Shown: piece after piece, positions 29,227 through 32,000 of the stretch
How the letters are laid out: each line of letters begins with the position of its first letter
How positions within the stretch are numbered: position 1 is the stretch's first letter
Program-made: the position numbers and the translations under genes
The notes under the pieces: generated by a model
Database searches by the model: none
What the model was told of the DNA's origin: nothing
The model's input: the letters and a program-made list of their open reading frames with translations, nothing else
Source: Okeania sp.
GTDB lineage: Bacteria; Cyanobacteriota; Cyanobacteriia; Cyanobacteriales; Microcoleaceae
Assembly (NCBI RefSeq): GCF_035285525.1
Contig: NZ_JAYKGW010000154.1
Span: forward strand, 5,870 to 37,869
Reading direction: 5' to 3'
DNA: 32,000 nt

Positions 29227-32000
29227 ATGGTACTTAGCTCCGAAACTACTCAACTCTCAAATCAACAACGTCTGTTGCTAGCAGTCAAACAAGCAACTGC
29301 CAAACTCAATGAAATTGAAACAGCGACTACTGAACCAATAGCAATTATTGGTACTGCTTGTCGTTTTCCAGGGGGTGTTGATACTCCAGAATCTTACTGG
29401 AAATATCTTAGAGAATCAATAGATGGCAGAATAGAGATTCCCAAAGAACGGTGGGATAATGACCGCTACTATAATTCTGACCCCGAAGCACCAGGCCAAG
29501 TCTACGTTCGCCACGGTTATTTTCTACAACAACCTGTAGACCAGTTTGACCCTGGTTTTTTTGGTATTTCTGGGGCAGAAGCAAATAAGATGGATCCATC
29601 TCAACGACTTTTGTTGGAGGTTACTTGGGAGGCATTAGAAAATGCAGGTATTGCACCCAGAAGTTTGAAAAATACAGAAACAGGAGTATATATAGGTCAA
29701 TGTTTTAATGATTATATATTCGTTGGCACAGATGCCTTACCTAATAATTTGAGTGATTTTTATCTAGGTCTGGGTACAGCAATGAATACTTCTTCAGGTC
29801 GGATAGCTTATGTTTTTGGATTACAAGGACCAACTTTTACTTTGGATACAACTTGTTCCTCATCCTTAGTTACTTTACATATAGCTTGTCAGAGTTTGCG
29901 GAGTGGAGAATCTAATCTTTCTTTGGTAGGTGGAGTAAATTTAATGCTTCATCCAACTGTTACTCATGGATTCTGTAAAGGTCGAGCATTATCCCCCGAT
30001 AGTCGTTGCAAGACTTTTGATGCGAGTGCTGATGGTTATGCTAGGGGAGAGGGTTGTGGCATACTTGTCCTCAAACGTCTTCGGGATGCTGTGGCCGATG
30101 GCGATCGCATTTTGGCTCTGGTGAAAGGTTCTGCTATTAACCATGATGGCCCTAGTAGTGGACTGACAGTTCCCAACCAACAGGCGCAAAAGAAGGTGCT
30201 GCGACAAGCTTTGGCAAATGCTAAGGTCAACCCGTCAGAGGTTGACTATATTGAATGTCACGGTACGGGAACTTCTTTGGGAGACCCTCTGGAAGTTAAG
30301 GCTATTGATGATGTTTATTGTGGAGAAAGAAGTAAGGATGCTCCTTTGATTTTGGGTGCGGTTAAAAGTAATGTGGGGCACTTGGAAGCTGCTGCTGGGG
30401 TGGCAGGGTTAATTAAGATTATTGGGATGTTGCAAAGTAAGGAAATACCGCCAAATCTTCACTTTAATCAACCTAACCCTCAGATTGATTGGGATAAAAT
30501 TCCGGTGCAGGTGGCAACCAATGTTATACCTTGGAACAAACCAGGTAAACCGATGTTGGCAGGAATTAGTGGATTTGGCATGAGTGGTACTAATGCTCAT
30601 GTGATTTTACAATCAGCACCAGAAGAAGTCAAAATTCCAAATTCCAAATTCAAAGGTGACGGTGATAGTGAGAATACTTTAGAACGTTCGCTTCATTTAT
30701 TAACTCTGTCAGCTAAAACTAAAAAAGCTTTGGAGGAGTTGGTGGTTCGTTATCAAAATTATCTGACACAAGAAAATAATGAGAATGAGTTGGCTGACAT
30801 TTGTTATACAGCTAACACAGGGCGTACCCATTTTAATCACAGATTAGCAGTTATGGCAGCTAGTCAAGCAGAGTTATTGGAGAAATTAAGCGCTGGTGTA
30901 ACTGGGGAGGAATTATTTTTAGGGCAAGCATCTAGTAGTGCTGTACCAAAGGTAGCTTTCTTATTTACTGGTCAAGGTTCCCAATACATTAATATGGGTT
31001 GGGGATTATATCAGCAAGCTCCAGTTTTTCGACAGGCGATCGACCAATGTAATGAAATTTTCAGTAAAATTGTTGAGGAGCAAGAAGAATCAAAATCAGT
31101 TTCTCTGTTGGATGTGATGTATTCTGATACTGAAGAAGATTCTGACTCATCTCTACTACACCAAACTGCTTATACTCAACCAGCACTATTTTCTATTGAA
31201 TATGCTTTAGCTAAATTATGGCAATCTTGGGGTATTCAACCAGATGTAGTTATGGGGCACAGTGTTGGTGAATATGTGGCGGCAACAATAGCAGGAATTT
31301 TTAGTTTAAAAGATGGATTAAAATTAATTACTACCAGGGGAAGGTTAATGCAAAAGTTACCTGCTGGTGGGGCAATGGTTTCTGTGATGGCTTCAGAATC
31401 AAAAGTACGTCCTTTACTAGCAAACTACACGGATAAGGTGGCTATGGCAGCTATTAATGGGCCAGCAAGTGTGGTGATTTCTGGAGAGTCAGAAATAGTA
31501 GAGGCGATCGCTAGCAAATTAAAGTCGGAAAAAATTAAAACGAAACAACTGCAAGTTTCTCATGCTTTCCATTCACCTCTGATGGAACCAATGTTAGAGG
31601 AGTTTGAGAAAATAGCTAATGAACTTGACTATAATATACCTAGAGTTCCAGTAATATCTAACGTCACAGGAATAAAGGCAGATAGTAGCATTACTACGGC
31701 GAAATATTGGGTAAATCATGTTCGACAACCAGTGAGATTTAACCAAAGTATGAATGCTTTGCAACAACAGGGAATTGATATTTTCCTAGAAGTCGGACCA
31801 AAACCAATATTATTAGGTATGGGACGTCGGTGTTTGCCAGCAGATGTAGGTGTGTGGTTGCCATCATTGCGTCCGAGTCAAATCCCTCAACCACAAATCC
31901 CCCTCCCGTCACCCTTGGAAATCCCCCTCCCGTCCCCCTTGGAAATCCCCCTCCCGTCCCCCTTGGAAATCCCCCTCCCGTCCCCCTTGGAAATCCCCCT
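29227..32000 (+). CDS. Type I polyketide synthase, docking-KS-AT-... (PKS4), 3'-truncated by the window edge
   Basis: It is absent from the ORF track because no stop is reached. I translated it by hand from the ATG at 29227 (aagga 9 nt upstream): MVLSSETTQLSNQQRLLLAVKQATAKLNEIE..EPIAIIGTACRFPGG... The frame is open without a stop to nt 32000. Confidence 0.95.
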   Translation, partial: MVLSSETTQLSNQQRLLLAVKQATAKLNEIETATTEPIAIIGTACRFPGGVDTPESYWKYLRESIDGRIEIPKERWDNDRYYNSDPEAPGQVYVRHGYFLQQPVDQFDPGFFGISGAEANKMDPSQRLLLEVTWEALENAGIAPRSLKNTETGVYIGQCFNDYIFVGTDALPNNLSDFYLGLGTAMNTSSGRIAYVFGLQGPTFTLDTTCSSSLVTLHIACQSLRSGESNLSLVGGVNLMLHPTVTHGFCKGRALSPDSRCKTFDASADGYARGEGCGILVLKRLRDAVADGDRILALVKGSAINHDGPSSGLTVPNQQAQKKVLRQALANAKVNPSEVDYIECHGTGTSLGDPLEVKAIDDVYCGERSKDAPLILGAVKSNVGHLEAAAGVAGLIKIIGMLQSKEIPPNLHFNQPNPQIDWDKIPVQVATNVIPWNKPGKPMLAGISGFGMSGTNAHVILQSAPEEVKIPNSKFKGDGDSENTLERSLHLLTLSAKTKKALEELVVRYQNYLTQENNENELADICYTANTGRTHFNHRLAVMAASQAELLEKLSAGVTGEELFLGQASSSAVPKVAFLFTGQGSQYINMGWGLYQQAPVFRQAIDQCNEIFSKIVEEQEESKSVSLLDVMYSDTEEDSDSSLLHQTAYTQPALFSIEYALAKLWQSWGIQPDVVMGHSVGEYVAATIAGIFSLKDGLKLITTRGRLMQKLPAGGAMVSVMASESKVRPLLANYTDKVAMAAINGPASVVISGESEIVEAIASKLKSEKIKTKQLQVSHAFHSPLMEPMLEEFEKIANELDYNIPRVPVISNVTGIKADSSITTAKYWVNHVRQPVRFNQSMNALQQQGIDIFLEVGPKPILLGMGRRCLPADVGVWLPSLRPSQIPQPQIPLPSPLEIPLPSPLEIPLPSPLEIPLPSPLEIP
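29332..30615 (+). other. PKS4 ketosynthase domain
   Basis: LDTTCSSSLVTLHIACQSL (Cys codon 29854-29856), ECHGTGT and SNVGHLEAAAG. The domain ends at GTNAHVILQS. It is preceded by a coiled-coil-like N-terminal docking segment (29227-29331). Confidence 0.93.
30949..31875 (+). other. PKS4 acyltransferase domain (malonyl-type signature)
   Basis: KVAFLFTGQGSQ, GHSVGEY (Ser codon 31261-31263) and VSHAFHSPL. It ends at the conserved WLPSLRP (31855-31875). Confidence 0.9.
31896..32000 (+). repeat. 24-nt perfect tandem repeat (at least 4.4 copies, continues past the window) inside the PKS4 coding frame
   Basis: The unit is aaatccccctcccgtcccccttgg, at 31896-31919 (one mismatch), 31920-31943, 31944-31967 and 31968-31991, with a partial copy at 31992-32000. 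It is translated in frame as (Q/E)IPLPSPL repeats. Confidence 0.95.

Noticed and set aside
11305-30600. Numerous 60-100-aa minus-strand ORFs inside the megasynthase genes (e.g. 11305-11559, 20408-20713, 21468-21743, 26182-26427, 29408-29599, 29989-30230, 30409-30600)
   Set aside because: All are antisense to long, motif-verified PKS/NRPS reading frames and have no recognisable domains. These are typical shadow ORFs.
28707-32000. Apparent absence of a long ORF after 28706 in the supplied track, which might suggest non-coding DNA or the end of the cluster
   Set aside because: Manual translation from ATG 29227 gives an uninterrupted KS-AT reading frame to the window end. The track omits it only because no stop codon is reached.
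1-32000. Search for tRNA, rRNA, tmRNA-like or transposase/integrase genes
   Set aside because: No cloverleaf-type T-arm consensus (GGTTCGAATCC-like), rRNA-like conserved blocks or transposase-length ORFs were seen. The mobile-looking sequences are all short and non-autonomous.

Overview
The DNA is low-GC, rich in HIP1 sites (GCGATCGC, at least 14 perfect copies located by eye) and dense in repeats. This is typical of a filamentous, Nostocales-type cyanobacterium. The left third (1-10.3 kb) is housekeeping and miscellaneous: sufD and sufS are separated by an abnormally long 763-bp spacer built from dispersed repeats. They are followed by a small DUF4177-like membrane protein, a four-helix cytochrome b561-type membrane protein, a convergent class-A-beta-lactamase-fold serine hydrolase, an AT-rich 2.3-kb stretch with two small Shine-Dalgarno-preceded ORFs flanked by ~104-nt MITEs, and a GT4 glycosyltransferase. 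The right two thirds (10.5-32 kb, running off the window) is a same-strand hybrid PKS/NRPS assembly line that I cannot assign to a known product. It has four parts. (1) A fully reducing methylating PKS (KS-AT-DH-cMT-ER-KR-ACP) with no loading module. (2) A translationally coupled NRPS-like protein (TubC-type docking domain, C, then no adenylation core but two A-subdomain remnants, the second split by a complete AAE3/Pcs60-like ligase, then PCP). (3) A KS-AT-DH-like-KR-ACP PKS. (4) A KS-AT... PKS not listed in the ORF track because it has no stop in the window. The cluster genes are invaded in frame by the same small palindromic repeats that fill the intergenic DNA. The last gene runs into a 24-nt in-frame tandem repeat at the window edge. 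The KR of the first module has His in place of the catalytic Tyr. No rRNA, tRNA or CRISPR array was seen.
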